The notes beneath the pieces are model-generated. The model worked only from the letters and a program-made list of their open reading frames with translations. It was not told where the DNA came from and did not search any database. A DNA stretch of 63,656 nt, filler included, from Vannella sp. (taxonomy: Eukaryota): assembly GCA_023345925.1 (NCBI GenBank). It is 6 parts of 6 records of this genome, joined end to end, with 100 filler letters (N's around TTAATTAATTAA, not from the genome) between each part and the next. Parts side by side here need not be neighbours in the genome. Positions count along the whole stretch, not along the records: positions 1 to 18,872 come from JAJQQN010001434.1; 5 more parts are not named here. One strand, 5' to 3'. Position 1 is the first letter of the stretch; the number at the start of each line of letters is the position of its first letter. Positions 1 to 10,930 of this stretch are shown here, in pieces. The position numbers and the translations under genes were made by a program.

Positions 1-366
1 CAGCTTCTTTAACATGACCATGGTATTGGTCTATCATCAACTCCATTAATGAACTCTTTGTTGAGTGAATGAAACGGGCATACCATCGGCTACTGCTTGG
101 TTAAACGAGTGGGAGTTGTTCAGGATAGTATTCAAAAACGGAAACGAGACCTTACTAGAAGTGCACTAGAAGCTTCTTCTTCACTCCAGAAGTTTCTACA
201 ATTCAACTGAGAGAAGTTACGAGTGGTGAGGGGATTTTCACTTGTTTTCTTCCTCAAACATCCAAAAAGTGAAAAATGAAATCAGTCCAAAAGCTTATCC
301 TGAAGAGATGGAGGTCATCCCCAAAATTCGACAAATAGGATAAACTTGAGCATTTCCCTTTTGGCC

Positions 367-3334
367 ATGAGCGAGGAGCCGACTGTCCGGGCGAAGGGTC
401 CAGGGACGAAGGTGGGGGCGAGGGACATTGACGGGATGGTGGGGCATCTACGCTTGCTCGGAAAGATGGAGACAAACGAGCTACGGAAGCTTGTGGAGGG
501 TCAGATGGACCGGTTGGAGATCGAAGTTACTTCCGAGTTGGTGGACTGCTTGGAAGCTATGAAGCGCTTTCGGGCCATCGCAGATACCCAGATTGTAGCT
601 TGTACTGTCTTGGACCAGTTGGAAGAGCGACTGAAGCTTCTCAAGCCCTATTTGCTTCTCATCATGGAGCGCCGCTCGCACGACCATTTCCTTCGTAGGA
701 GAGCTCCCTTCCACTCACAACGCACTCACATCCAAGACAGATTACGTAGGAGGTGTCAGGTCTCTTTACTTGAGCTTCCTCGACATCTTTGGAGCGACAA
801 GGCGGATCATCACTTTCCAGTTGCAGAAGGCAAAGCCTTTACGCCAGCGCTTACCAACCCTCTCAAGTGCACTGGATACGCAATCATCTGGCTCTACTTG
901 GAACGAACAGAACGCCTTCCATCATGACGAACAGGACGAACATCCTCCCCAAGATGAGGCGGACTTGGGCAAAAGAGCTTCTAGGGGAAGGGGATGGAGC
1001 AAGAGCACATTCTCAACTCCTTGGAAGATGCTTTCATCTTATCTACCAAGCGTTCAGAGCTCCAAGTACGAGCCAATCCACCTTTTGCAGGAAAGCACGA
1101 ACGGGCCGATGCTCAAGTTGACCAAGTTCTTTGCTGACGTCTTCAAGAAGCAAATGGAACCCACCCTCCATATCCTATCCCATCTACAAGACCAACTTGT
1201 CCTCATGCAGGAGCTCTGGAAGAAGTCTGACAGGGTTGGGAGCCTCCACTCCAATGACAGCATGGTTTTCACTCCATTCCGCCCTCTGGGGGAGCTCTAC
1301 CAAGCCCACAGAGATCTGAATATGGCTGTCATTGCGAGTCATCACCACCTGGGCTTCACCTACGCTCGATCTCTGGTAGAATACTCCCAAAAGATCAAAG
1401 CCGTGTACTGTGCTGTGCACGAAGCCGAGTCCTGGAAGGACACGCGGTACATTAACCCCGGGGCCATGTTTTATGCAGCTGCTGCTCGCTTCTTTCTCTC
1501 GCCAGAAGTAGCAAATCAAGCCTACGGCAAAGTACGAGAGAGTTTGGACCTTTTTGTCCAACGAGAAGTGTGGAATCTTCTGGAAGACCCAGTTATTGAG
1601 TTCTTTGCCACTGCCTTGGGATTGAATCCGAAGAAGTTGGCTTTGCCAGTGGACTGCACTCTCCGTTTCGAAGCTACAATTGCACCACTCGATAAGAATG
1701 ATGCACCTCTTAATAGGATTGCTGATGGATCTTGCGGGATACCAGTTCTTCAAGAAAAGAAGATTCTTGTGAGCTGCAATTATGTGTACGATCATGAGGT
1801 GAAGATCGACCACCGTTTGTATCCTTCTCGACACTCTGACCAAAGCGAGAGCGACTCTGTCTTTAACCCCCTCCAATCAGATACGTTTCGTAGCCTTGTA
1901 GTCTTCCCCTCCCTCCCAGGATCTCGTTCTGTCGGCAACTCGAGGAGCAATAACGATGGATTGAAGGAAATTGGGAGGAAACTGGCAGCACTTCCCACTT
2001 CTCGGAAGGGCTATTCTACGTTAAGTGCAGATACATCGGATGAGTCTAACGGAGAGCAATATGAAATGGAACCTGGAAGGGAGTTTGAAGCTGGCAGGAA
2101 GCGAGAAGAGGATAAGTTTCAGAGACGCCGCAACCGGTTCATGGATGAGCAGCTGTCCACTTCTCCCAGCTCTTCGGACACACATAGTCGACCGAGGCGC
2201 CTATCTGGAGAGCTCACTGAAGTGTCATTGGCTTCTCCAGAAATTGAAGACTCCAAACCTCGAGTGGGGCGGATAATGGACTTGGACTGGGAAGAAGCCG
2301 CCATTGTTGATGATGAAGAGCCAGAGAGTACTCGGGAGAAGCTCTTTCCCAACGCAACGTTTGTCCCACCAACAACTGCGAGTGGATCAGATTCCCCTCT
2401 TCTTACGGAATACTCTCCCGTTATTATCTTACATATTCACGGAGGAGGCTGGATCTCTCAGTCACCTCGCACTCACTTGGCCTATCTCAGAATATGGGCA
2501 AGAGAAACGAAGCTTCCGATTCTCTCCGTCGATTACGGTAAGAAAGAGCAGCACAGATATCTGGATTTGGAATCTTACAAGCAATTAGGCCTTAGCCCAG
2601 AGAATGAGTTTCCAGGGGCCCTCAATGAATGCTATGCAGCCTACAAGTGGCTTCTTGACCCAGACAACGCACAGGCGATTGGAATGGCAGCTTTTGAAAT
2701 CCCTCCCCGTATCATACTAACAGGTGACTCTGCTGGTGGAAACCTCTGCGCTGCATTGACTATACGAGTATGTTAACTTCATTCATATCTCCTCATTGCT
2801 CACATCCTTACCAAGATAATTGAAGATGGACTTCCGAAACCCATCGGACTGCTTCTCTCCTATCCCGTTGTGATGGTGAATAGCCTTGGTAGTATTTCTC
2901 GGTAAGAACACCCCTTGACCCTGATTCTTCTCCTGACCTCTCCAAGCCTGCTGTTTTCACAAGACCCCATCCTCAATTTCCAGTCCCTGCAAATAGTCTT
3001 ACGGAGCTATCTTGGCTCTCGCGATGACTTGGCATCAACAGAACCTCTGGTTTCGCCAGCTCTTGCATCAGACCACATCCTGAGCCGATTCCCGCAAACC
3101 ATCATCATGGCGGGAGACGTGGATCCACTGTTAGATGACGCTTCGTACTTCTTTTACCGCCTTCGGGAAGTGAACGTGCCCACCACCTTGCAGATCTACA
3201 GGCGTTTACCTCACGGCTATCTCAATCTCCCCTCGCAACTGCCGAATGCCGCCTTAGCAATCTCTGATGCTTCCAAGTTCTTCAAACAGCTCATGCGCGA
3301 CGATGATCAACTGCGAGGCTTTTCTGTCATCTAA
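367..3334 (+). CDS. Hormone-sensitive-lipase-like alpha/beta hydrolase (multi-exon)
   Basis: HIHGGGW oxyanion motif, GDSAGG nucleophile elbow, DPLLDD and HGY catalytic Asp/His. Intron 695-740 (46 nt) joins ORF 346..927 to ORF 770..2776 in frame; further GT-AG introns near 2537, 2768 and 2902. Confidence 0.85.
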
Positions 3335-3456
3335 AACCGGTTCATGGTCTATTTGACTGGTTGAGAAGGAGCTCACTTCTTTTGATTAGTTGGAATATGT
3401 GCATGCCTGGCTTATCATCAGTACTGTGAAGCTGCGTTTCGAGCCTGATACCCGTT

Positions 3457-4824
3457 ATGTGGGAGCTACTCCGACAAGCGCAGTCTCGAGGAGGGTATTC
3501 GGTAGAAACGTTTTAGCACTTTTTCGAAGATTCTACTCCCTAGAGGAGTTTTCCAAAGGATAACGGTTGATCTGGACGGCCTTTTCCTGCCTCCTTTGGA
3601 AAACTGCTCTCCATACGCTCCTCTTTTCACTCGAAGGGGGCCTTTTGGACAAGGAGACATCTTCGAAAGAGGGGAGCTGACTTAATCGGAATCTGTTGAT
3701 GATACATCTATTACTCCCTTCTTTGAGTCAGAGCTGGGAATGTGGAAACGGTTTCCTCTTCAGAATTCGATTGAAAGTGACTTTCCCATTTCCTGCTCTC
3801 CGAATGCCCTTTGGCTCCCACACGCTCGTCCTCTCCCTCGAAGGCGGCCTTTGTGCTTTTGGAATCAACTACTTGGGTCAACTCGGTCTGGGTCACACGA
3901 GCTGCCAAAGGCAACCAGCAGAGGTGTCCTGGAACGGCCCAAAGCCAGTTCAGGTGGACTGGGGATTCTACCACTCCCTCGTGCTTGATGAGGAAGGCGG
4001 TGTGGTAGGCTGGTAAATCTCGGTCTAATGATCCTTTTCATACCTTTCAGCGAGTCCCGGAACTGCCTCGCATTGCTGTGGTGTCTGCTGGCATGTTCCA
4101 CAGCGCTGCCATTGACTCCAAAGGTGGCCTATGGGTGTGGACGAGCAAGAACGATCTCTCTTGGGCGGTTTCACTTGCCCATAGAGTGGAAGGCCTCCCT
4201 TCACTCTTCAAGGTAGCGTGCGGAGAAAATTTTCTCGTTGCAGAGGCCGAAGAAGGCCTCTGGGTATTGGGCAACAACTCTGGCGGGCAACTGGGCCTCG
4301 GCCACACCAAAGATACTCTCCAACCGGTCCTGGTTCAGATAAAGGACAACTCCCACCAGGGGTCTCTTCGATGCCTGGCGGCCTCCGAAAACGCAGTGAT
4401 CCTCATCGACTCGCAAGGAGCAGTCTTCTCAGCGGGAGGTTTCTGGTGCTTGTTTAAGCGAATCATTAACATCCCTCCCATGCGAACGGCTTCCTGCGGA
4501 TTGGCTCACTTTCTCTTTCTGGATGAGGACGGCGACGTCTGGAGCTGGGGATATGGCGAAAAAGGACAATTGGGGAATGGAAATACTTTCAATGTGGGCC
4601 AACCCACTCAAGTGCCCTCTCTGAAAGGAATGAGCGCTCTGGTCGCCGGTGGGAATCATTCTTTGGCATTCCCACAGGAAGGCGGCCTGCTGGTCTTCGG
4701 AAACAACTGCTTCACGGAACTGGGACTCGGACATACTACCTCTCAATCCTCTCCCACTCTCTCTCCTGTCCAGCCCGGTCCCCCTCAGTCCTTTACACTC
4801 AGCAGAAAGAAAAGTGCCCGTTGA
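3457..4824 (+). pseudogene. RCC1/BLIP-II repeat protein, probably pseudogenised at its 5' end
   Basis: Repeated GQLGLGH / VACG..H / AGGNHSL RCC1 motifs in ORFs 3696..4016 and 4078..4824. In-frame TAG at 3514 after ATG 3457, and apparent frameshifts near 3809 and 4005. The start position is inferred. Confidence 0.7.
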
Positions 4825-5014
4825 ATGATGTTGCAGATCACCTCAACACCGCCTCTGGTGGAAAGGATGAAGCAAGGGAGTAAAAGTGGGTTCGACTTCT
4901 TCGAAGGATTCCTTCATTTTGGTTCAGTCGTGAATGGAAGGTTCAGGAAAGAGAGAGGTACACGGCTTCTCTACACTGCTTGGAAAGAAAGCAAGAGAAA
5001 CGAAAGGGGAAGAA

Positions 5015-5575
5015 ATGAAAGTGCCCACCATGAGTGCCCCCTCATCATCAACACGGCATGACGAGCCCATCAGCCTTCAAGAACAAGTGCGTAATCTACA
5101 GAAGGAAGTGGACTCTTTGCAGCAGCAGGTTACTTCCCTTACTGCCGAGTCAAATCGAAGCACAAACGAACTCCAAACTCACTTTGCCCCTCAGGCGAGA
5201 GTCAAGACCCTCCACTTTGCCGGGAACCTCATCAATGCATATGGTCATAAGTGCTGTAAGTCGCAGTCTGGCCAAGGATGGCTTCACTTCTGCGACGAAT
5301 ACCACAAACTCCAAGAGGACCTCCACTGCAAGCTCTTCGACCCTCCCCAGTTCAATGCTACCGTTCAACGACTGTGCGAGGGCTTTGGCCTGGGCAGCAG
5401 CTTTCCAGCTGAACTCATCATGCGGCTCAAGGCAGAGTACGAAGAGACTTTCGAAACGCCCTCCTGGTTGATCCGACCCGTTTCTGACCGTTTCTGCGCT
5501 GAGGAAGATGAATCCAGCATTTCAGAAGAGGAAAGACTCGCTCTCCTCCTTCTCGTTCACAACCTGTCAGAATAA
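5015..5575 (+). CDS. Hypothetical protein with N-terminal coiled coil
   Basis: Intronless ORF with heptad pattern LQEQVRNLQKEVDSLQQQVTSL; no family recognised. Confidence 0.55.
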   Translation: MKVPTMSAPSSSTRHDEPISLQEQVRNLQKEVDSLQQQVTSLTAESNRSTNELQTHFAPQARVKTLHFAGNLINAYGHKCCKSQSGQGWLHFCDEYHKLQEDLHCKLFDPPQFNATVQRLCEGFGLGSSFPAELIMRLKAEYEETFETPSWLIRPVSDRFCAEEDESSISEEERLALLLLVHNLSE

Positions 5576-5735
5576 ACCCTCGCTCGGGGAACCAGTTCGG
5601 ATGTGGTCAAGTCCAAGACTTTCATCAATAACAGAAGAAACACTTGCACCACACCTGCTTTCCTGCAGCTGGAGAGCCCTTTGCATCCAACTTCAACGAG
5701 TGAAAGAAAACTGAGCAGTTTAGTGGTCAGTGAAC

Positions 5736-6512
5736 TTAAAAGGTGCATTGAGAGCAGCTTTGAACGTTAGAGCTTCCGGTGAGAGTGGCGCCCACAAGAG
5801 CGGGGCAAGGCTTAGCTCCGCTCTCGCAGAAGCCGTTGTCTCCGTACGTACCGCTATCGTACAAGCAGCAAATGTTTTGAGGAGCCCAACCAATGCGGAA
5901 GAGCTTGACTTTCCCGGCAGGTTGGATGGGGAAGGTCATGGAGAGGCTGAACACTTGAGTAAAGTCAGCGGTTCCCTCAAAGTCGGCATAGAACGCTTCG
6001 ACTGTGGGAATGTAATTAAGACCAAAAGGAGTAACAGGGATTGTGAGTAGGAGAGAACTGCTGCGGCCGTAGACATCAGTGATATTCGCCAAGACTCTGG
6101 CATCGTAATTGGAAGTCGCATCGATAGCGAGGGCGATGGAGTTGCCCAGAGTAAAGTCAATCTTGATGCCAGCGTCGTTCAGACCAGCGTATGTCAGAAC
6201 AGCCTTTCCGGTGCAGGTGGAGCCAAAGGGGCATCCGTCAACAAAGAAGAAGCCGTTGGTCACTCCAGAGGTAGCGAACACGTTGGGAGTGCCAGCGTTG
6301 GTCACGGAGATGTCACGTTGGCCACCGAGGATGGTGGAGTTCTTGAGGGATCCAGAGCTGGTCTGAGGGGGACCAGGACGAGTGTAAACCAGAACGTCTT
6401 TCTGCGTGGCCGAGAAATCGTCAACGGTATACACAGGAGCGAAGGTTCCAGCGTTGGGAATGGCAACAGACACAGCGATCAGGGCCAGGACAACGAAAAG
6501 AGCACGGATCAT
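5736..6512 (-). CDS. Secreted beta-rich protein with C-terminal Cys-rich module
   Basis: Signal peptide MIRALFVVLALIAVSVA; six-Cys tail CCLY...C..CPAL...CSQC; TATAAATAG about 45 nt upstream on the minus strand. Confidence 0.75.
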   Translation of the reverse strand: MIRALFVVLALIAVSVAIPNAGTFAPVYTVDDFSATQKDVLVYTRPGPPQTSSGSLKNSTILGGQRDISVTNAGTPNVFATSGVTNGFFFVDGCPFGSTCTGKAVLTYAGLNDAGIKIDFTLGNSIALAIDATSNYDARVLANITDVYGRSSSLLLTIPVTPFGLNYIPTVEAFYADFEGTADFTQVFSLSMTFPIQPAGKVKLFRIGWAPQNICCLYDSGTYGDNGFCESGAKPCPALVGATLTGSSNVQSCSQCTF

Positions 6513-6550
6513 GAGAAGGAGAAGGAGATGAAACAAACTGTTTCAGGACC

Positions 6551-6625
6551 CGCTATTTATACACCCTTCAAGAATCTTCCTTCTCCATCTCCGATTGGTT
6601 GACAGAAACTCTCTCATTGGTCCAT
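6551..6625 (-). promoter_or_regulatory. Putative TATA box plus two CCAAT boxes in a divergent promoter
   Basis: Minus-strand TATAAATAG (about 6552-6560) and two ATTGG (CCAAT) sites at about 6594 and 6616, between the divergent starts at 6512 and 6732. Confidence 0.4.
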
Positions 6626-6731
6626 TCTGTTGGGGTCGGGTCGGGTCGGATGGAATTTTCTTACATTGCCGCATTCGGAATTATTGTCCCTTGCTAGTCA
6701 TTATTGCGGAAAATCACCATTAATCTTCGCC

Positions 6732-7820
6732 ATGGCTTCGACGCCGACCATCAGGATGTTGGAGAAGAAGAGAGAAGCAGAGCTAAGGACTCTCGAGGAG
6801 AAGAAGAAACAGATCTCTGAGGGAGGCTCCGCGCATGTGGGGTCTATCACCACCAAGTTCGCTTCGCGGCAGGACTTTAAGGAAGACAAGCTCAAGCTCG
6901 CTACCTTTGGTGTGGTGACCTACGAGGAGTTCATGGCTCGTCAGGAAAGCTTGGAAGTGGACGAGAATCCTCTCACTACCATTGGCAGTGTGCCAGCTTC
7001 CAGGTAAGACACCCCACCCAGTCGCGGCGGCGACTTTCCCCGCTAATTAGCTCCCCGAGCCGGCTCCTTTAGGAGTAACACTAAGAGGAAAGCCAAGACT
7101 ACAGCGCTGTCCTTCACGGAAGATGAAGAGGAGGAAGAGGTTTCCCTTCCTCCTCTCAAGAGGATGCGGGCGATGAAGAACCCTTCCGTGGACACCTCCT
7201 TCCTCCCTGACAAGGAGAGGAGTGCCAATGAGAAGGCAGAACGACTTCTCTTGAAGAAAGAGTGGCTGAAGCAACAAGCACTCATCAAACAGGAGAAGAT
7301 CCTGATCACTTACTCGTTCTGGGATGGTTGTGGCCACCGCCGTACTCTGGAGGTCACCAAAGGGACCAGTATTGATCGCTTTTTGGAGCTTGTACGAGAT
7401 GAGTTCAAAGAGCTCCGCGCCACAAGCGTGGAGAACCTCCTTTACATCAAAGAGGACCTTATCATCCCTCATGTGAGTGCAGCGTGGGGCCTAAGGCGTA
7501 TATAAGACTCATCGGCAATCAGCAATACTCTTTCTACGACCTCATCGCAACCAAAGCCCGTGGAAAGAGTGGGCCACTCTTCTCCTTCGATGTCTACGAC
7601 GACGTTCGCCTTCTGGCAGACGCCACCAAAGAGAAGGATGAAGTAAGTGTATACTAGAAGCTGGAGGAACCAGTCTGACCATCGCCAGTCCCACGCAGGC
7701 AAAGTAGTCGAGCGTCATTGGTATGAGAGGAACAAACACATCTTCCCTGCCAACCGCTGGGAGATCTACGATCCTCTAGCAGACTACGGCAAGTATGCCA
7801 TCAAGGACAAGCGCGACTAA
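6732..7820 (+). CDS. FAM50: FAM50/XAP5 nuclear spliceosome-associated protein (4 exons)
   Basis: [44 protein letters not shown] and HIFPANRWE; introns near 7004, 7473 and 7643. Confidence 0.92.
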
Positions 7821-7862
7821 AGGCAACGGCGGTTTACTATCAACATCTTGAGACCCCTTCGC

Positions 7863-9065
7863 CTACAGTCCTAATAGGTCCTCCTCTAAGCTCCGCAGTC
7901 GCTTGTTGGTAGCTGGTATCTCTGCCTCTAGGCTTGCCTCTCGCTTTCGCTTCTTCAATAAGCTGGAGGGGACAGGAGGAGAGACAGCGGCGCTCTTTGC
8001 CATTTGGACGGTGGAGGGGACCCTGAAGGTCTTGGTCACCCGATTGGGCACAGGAGCGTCGTTCTCGATCTCTTCGCTGAGGTCACTGCTTTCACTACTC
8101 TCTATCTCGCTCGGTTGAGGTGAGCGGGGCAGAGGAGGCACGGACTTTCGGTTTTTCATGGGAGATGGGGATCTGGGGGGCTTGGGAGCCTTCTGCTTCC
8201 TCATTGCACTCTTCTTCTCTTCTTTGTGGTTGAGCAGGTCATCGTAGGCGCCCTTCCACTGACGAAGTAGTGACTTGTGCTCGCCAATCCATCGCCGGCA
8301 CATCGTTGGGAAGTGCTCCTGCCATTGATCTAGTGGCCCATCGATCCAGAGTGGTCGGTGTCGCTTGTATGACTCTCCCCAGTCCTCGTCACCCTCGTAC
8401 TCGCTGGCGATCAACTCCATTGAGCGGAGTAGAGAGGAGCCGTGGTACATCAGCCACGCCAAGAAGATGGTTGGAGACCGTCGTTGCCCCTTCTCGCAAT
8501 GAACCAGGGCGTTCCCCGCTCTCAGAGCGAACTCCAGGAACAAGACAGAGCGCGGAAGGAAGTCAGAACAGCCAAAGTGAGTGAGCTGGGCTGGATCAGC
8601 AAGATCTGGGACGTTGATATGGTAGTAGACAACGCCTTGGTGACGTACAAGGGCCTGGTAGCGCCCATTGGGGAAGAAGATGCGTTTGAAGGAGTTCAGT
8701 CCATTTCCGTCGGCTGGGGGAAGGATCTCAGTGTCAAAGTGGACCAAAGAGAGTACGGACTGGATCGATTCATCTCTCATTGCTAAGGATCCAGGGCGTG
8801 CGGAGGCGTAGGTGCCTAACACGAGACGAGCGCCCTTCGCGGTCTTCTTTGGGGACTCACGGACAAAGTAGGCGTAGTCTCGAGGACGTCCATGGACGCG
8901 AGTGAGAGAGTGAGCATGGCGAACATCTTCTCCAAAGCGGCAGGCCTCACACAATCGAAAGCCGCCCACCTCCTCCTCTAGTTCCTGCTCCGGAGCGCAA
9001 TGCTGACACTCGTAAGAGTCCTCGTACACATCCAATGGCTCTTGGCATCCATTACACTTCCTCAT
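7863..9065 (-). CDS. ZZ-like zinc finger plus dual-specificity phosphatase domain protein
   Basis: N-terminal CxxC..CxxC..LCxxC..HxH; catalytic VHCEKGQRRS (HCxxGxxRS); basic low-complexity tail. Confidence 0.75.
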   Translation of the reverse strand: MRKCNGCQEPLDVYEDSYECQHCAPEQELEEEVGGFRLCEACRFGEDVRHAHSLTRVHGRPRDYAYFVRESPKKTAKGARLVLGTYASARPGSLAMRDESIQSVLSLVHFDTEILPPADGNGLNSFKRIFFPNGRYQALVRHQGVVYYHINVPDLADPAQLTHFGCSDFLPRSVLFLEFALRAGNALVHCEKGQRRSPTIFLAWLMYHGSSLLRSMELIASEYEGDEDWGESYKRHRPLWIDGPLDQWQEHFPTMCRRWIGEHKSLLRQWKGAYDDLLNHKEEKKSAMRKQKAPKPPRSPSPMKNRKSVPPLPRSPQPSEIESSESSDLSEEIENDAPVPNRVTKTFRVPSTVQMAKSAAVSPPVPSSLLKKRKREASLEAEIPATNKRLRSLEEDLLGL

Positions 9066-9198
9066 GGCTCCTAAACCCTCCAAATGAGACCTCTTCTCCC
9101 TTCCAACCGCTACCCCTCGTTCCCGCCAACTTCAAATCACTTAGAAAGTGGTTTCTTGGCTTGTTTAGGAGTGGATAAGCATTCATTAGTTGGTAGGC

Positions 9199-9894
9199 AT
9201 GCGAGGAGGACTGCTCCTGATCGGACTGGGAATGGCTGCGTTCGTTTTGGTGGGTTTTTGGAGTTTGTCGTTGAGTGGCGGAGGCTCTTCTCAGAGTCAT
9301 GTGGATTATACGAAGATGGAGCTCCCTTCTGGTGGGTTGGACTTGACAGGCCTCCCTCCTGTGACGAGGATGGTCTACTTGGACATCGCCATCGACGGCG
9401 AGCAACGAGGGCGCATCGATATTGGGCTCTTCTATGACCACGTACCAATCACCTGTGAGAACTTCAGGCAACTGGTCCTGGGTACGCGAGGGAAGGAGCA
9501 AGGATACCCGCAATCGTACGTGGGAGCATCTTTCCATCGCATTATCAGCGACTTTGTCATTCAAGGAGGCAACTTGAAGACCAAGGACATGCCCCGTACT
9601 GAGAGGTCTTTGTATGACGCCTTGCAGTTCGATGACGAAGCCAGCGGCGTTGAACTGCGCCACCAAGGCCGCTATATCGTCCAAATGGCCAACGCAGGGC
9701 CAGATACGAACAACGCCCAGTTCTGCATCATGCTCAAAGCTGCTCCTCACCTTAATGGCAAGCACGCGGTCTTTGGACGAGTCGTCGGAGGCTTTAAAGT
9801 CGTCGATCTGATCGAGGAGTTGGCCTCCTCTGAGGATGGCGTCCCACGGGCTAACGTGACGATCACTGGAGCAGGAGAGTATCCAATGAAGTGA
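9199..9894 (+). CDS. Cyclophilin-type peptidyl-prolyl isomerase with N-terminal signal/anchor
   Basis: VYLDIAI, TCENF, SFHRII, FVIQGG, MANAGPDTN and HLNGKHAVFGRV. Confidence 0.92.
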   Translation: MRGGLLLIGLGMAAFVLVGFWSLSLSGGGSSQSHVDYTKMELPSGGLDLTGLPPVTRMVYLDIAIDGEQRGRIDIGLFYDHVPITCENFRQLVLGTRGKEQGYPQSYVGASFHRIISDFVIQGGNLKTKDMPRTERSLYDALQFDDEASGVELRHQGRYIVQMANAGPDTNNAQFCIMLKAAPHLNGKHAVFGRVVGGFKVVDLIEELASSEDGVPRANVTITGAGEYPMK

Positions 9895-9949
9895 ATAGGC
9901 CAGCCCTCTAGCGCTCCAGAAGTCTCCCTCTTCCATTATTTCCGCTTCC

Positions 9950-10898
9950 ATGATGGCGGGAAGGGGTCTCGGGAGGGGCCTTGCCCTAGCTTGTCAGCGA
10001 AGTGCCAGGCGACCTATCATTGCAACAAAGCTGTACCAGAGGAAGCTGTGCACAGATAGACCTGCAGTAGGACAGCCAGAGATAGAAGAACAGGAAAAGG
10101 GGGTGGTTACAAGGCTTGTCGGGCTCTCCCTGCTGGGGTGCGTGGGCCTCTACATCTACGATGTCATCCGTAAGAACACTCAACAAGATGAAGTGGCTGG
10201 TATGTGCTAGGAACCTTGCAAAGGACTGGTCTGATCACCCCGCAGACGTGAAGGTCACGACGGAGGGCGAGATCAGTATCGGCGGTCCCTTCACCCTCGT
10301 TGACCACGAAGGAGTTGAGCGCAACAGTGTAACAGACTACGGAGGCAAGTTCATGTTGATCTACTTTGGATTCACCTTCTGCCCGGACATTTGCCCCACA
10401 GAGCTCACAAAGATGGCTGAAGTCATCAACAGGCTCGGTATGACGCTCCTCAAGTCTATGGGGATCATCTCTCATCACCTGATCACAGAGGAGCAGGGCA
10501 AAGCAGACATGGTGACCCCAATCATGATCACAGTGGACCCTTATCGTGATAGTGTGGAACAGATCAACTCCTACGTGAAAGAGTTCCACCCCCGGCTCGT
10601 GGGACTGACAGGAACACCAGTAGAGATCAAGCAAGTGGCCAAGGACTTCCGTATCTACAACTTTGTGCCAGAGAAAGCCGGTCAAGAGGACTACTTAGTG
10701 GACCACTCCGTATTCACCTTCCTCATGGGCCCCAAAGGAGGGTTCCTCGACTTCTTTGGCCCTGATAAGGACGAAGCTGCAATTCTGGATCGCGTCCTGG
10801 AGCGCATGAGGGACTTAGACGAAGAAGCAAACCCTCCAACTCTGTGGACACAATTCACACGAAAATGGGATTCTCTGCGAAAGAAGATCTCTTTTTAG
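9950..10898 (+). CDS. SCO1: SCO1/SenC mitochondrial copper chaperone (3 exons)
   Basis: IGGPFTL, YFGFTFCPDICP and YLVDHS; presequence plus TM; introns 10200-10245 and 10438-10488. Confidence 0.93.
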
Positions 10899-10930
10899 TC
10901 AACAAATTCTATAACTTACTGCTAAACATA

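Noticed and set aside
3514..3543. In-frame TAG codons as evidence of an alternative genetic code
   Set aside because: TAG ends conserved genes at the expected positions (for example SCO1 and ESD), and nearby frameshifts indicate decay.
9052..9951. Long antisense ORFs (299 aa here; also 5730..6050, 16647..17240, 59168..59905)
   Set aside because: They lie opposite well-supported genes and are explained by codon bias.
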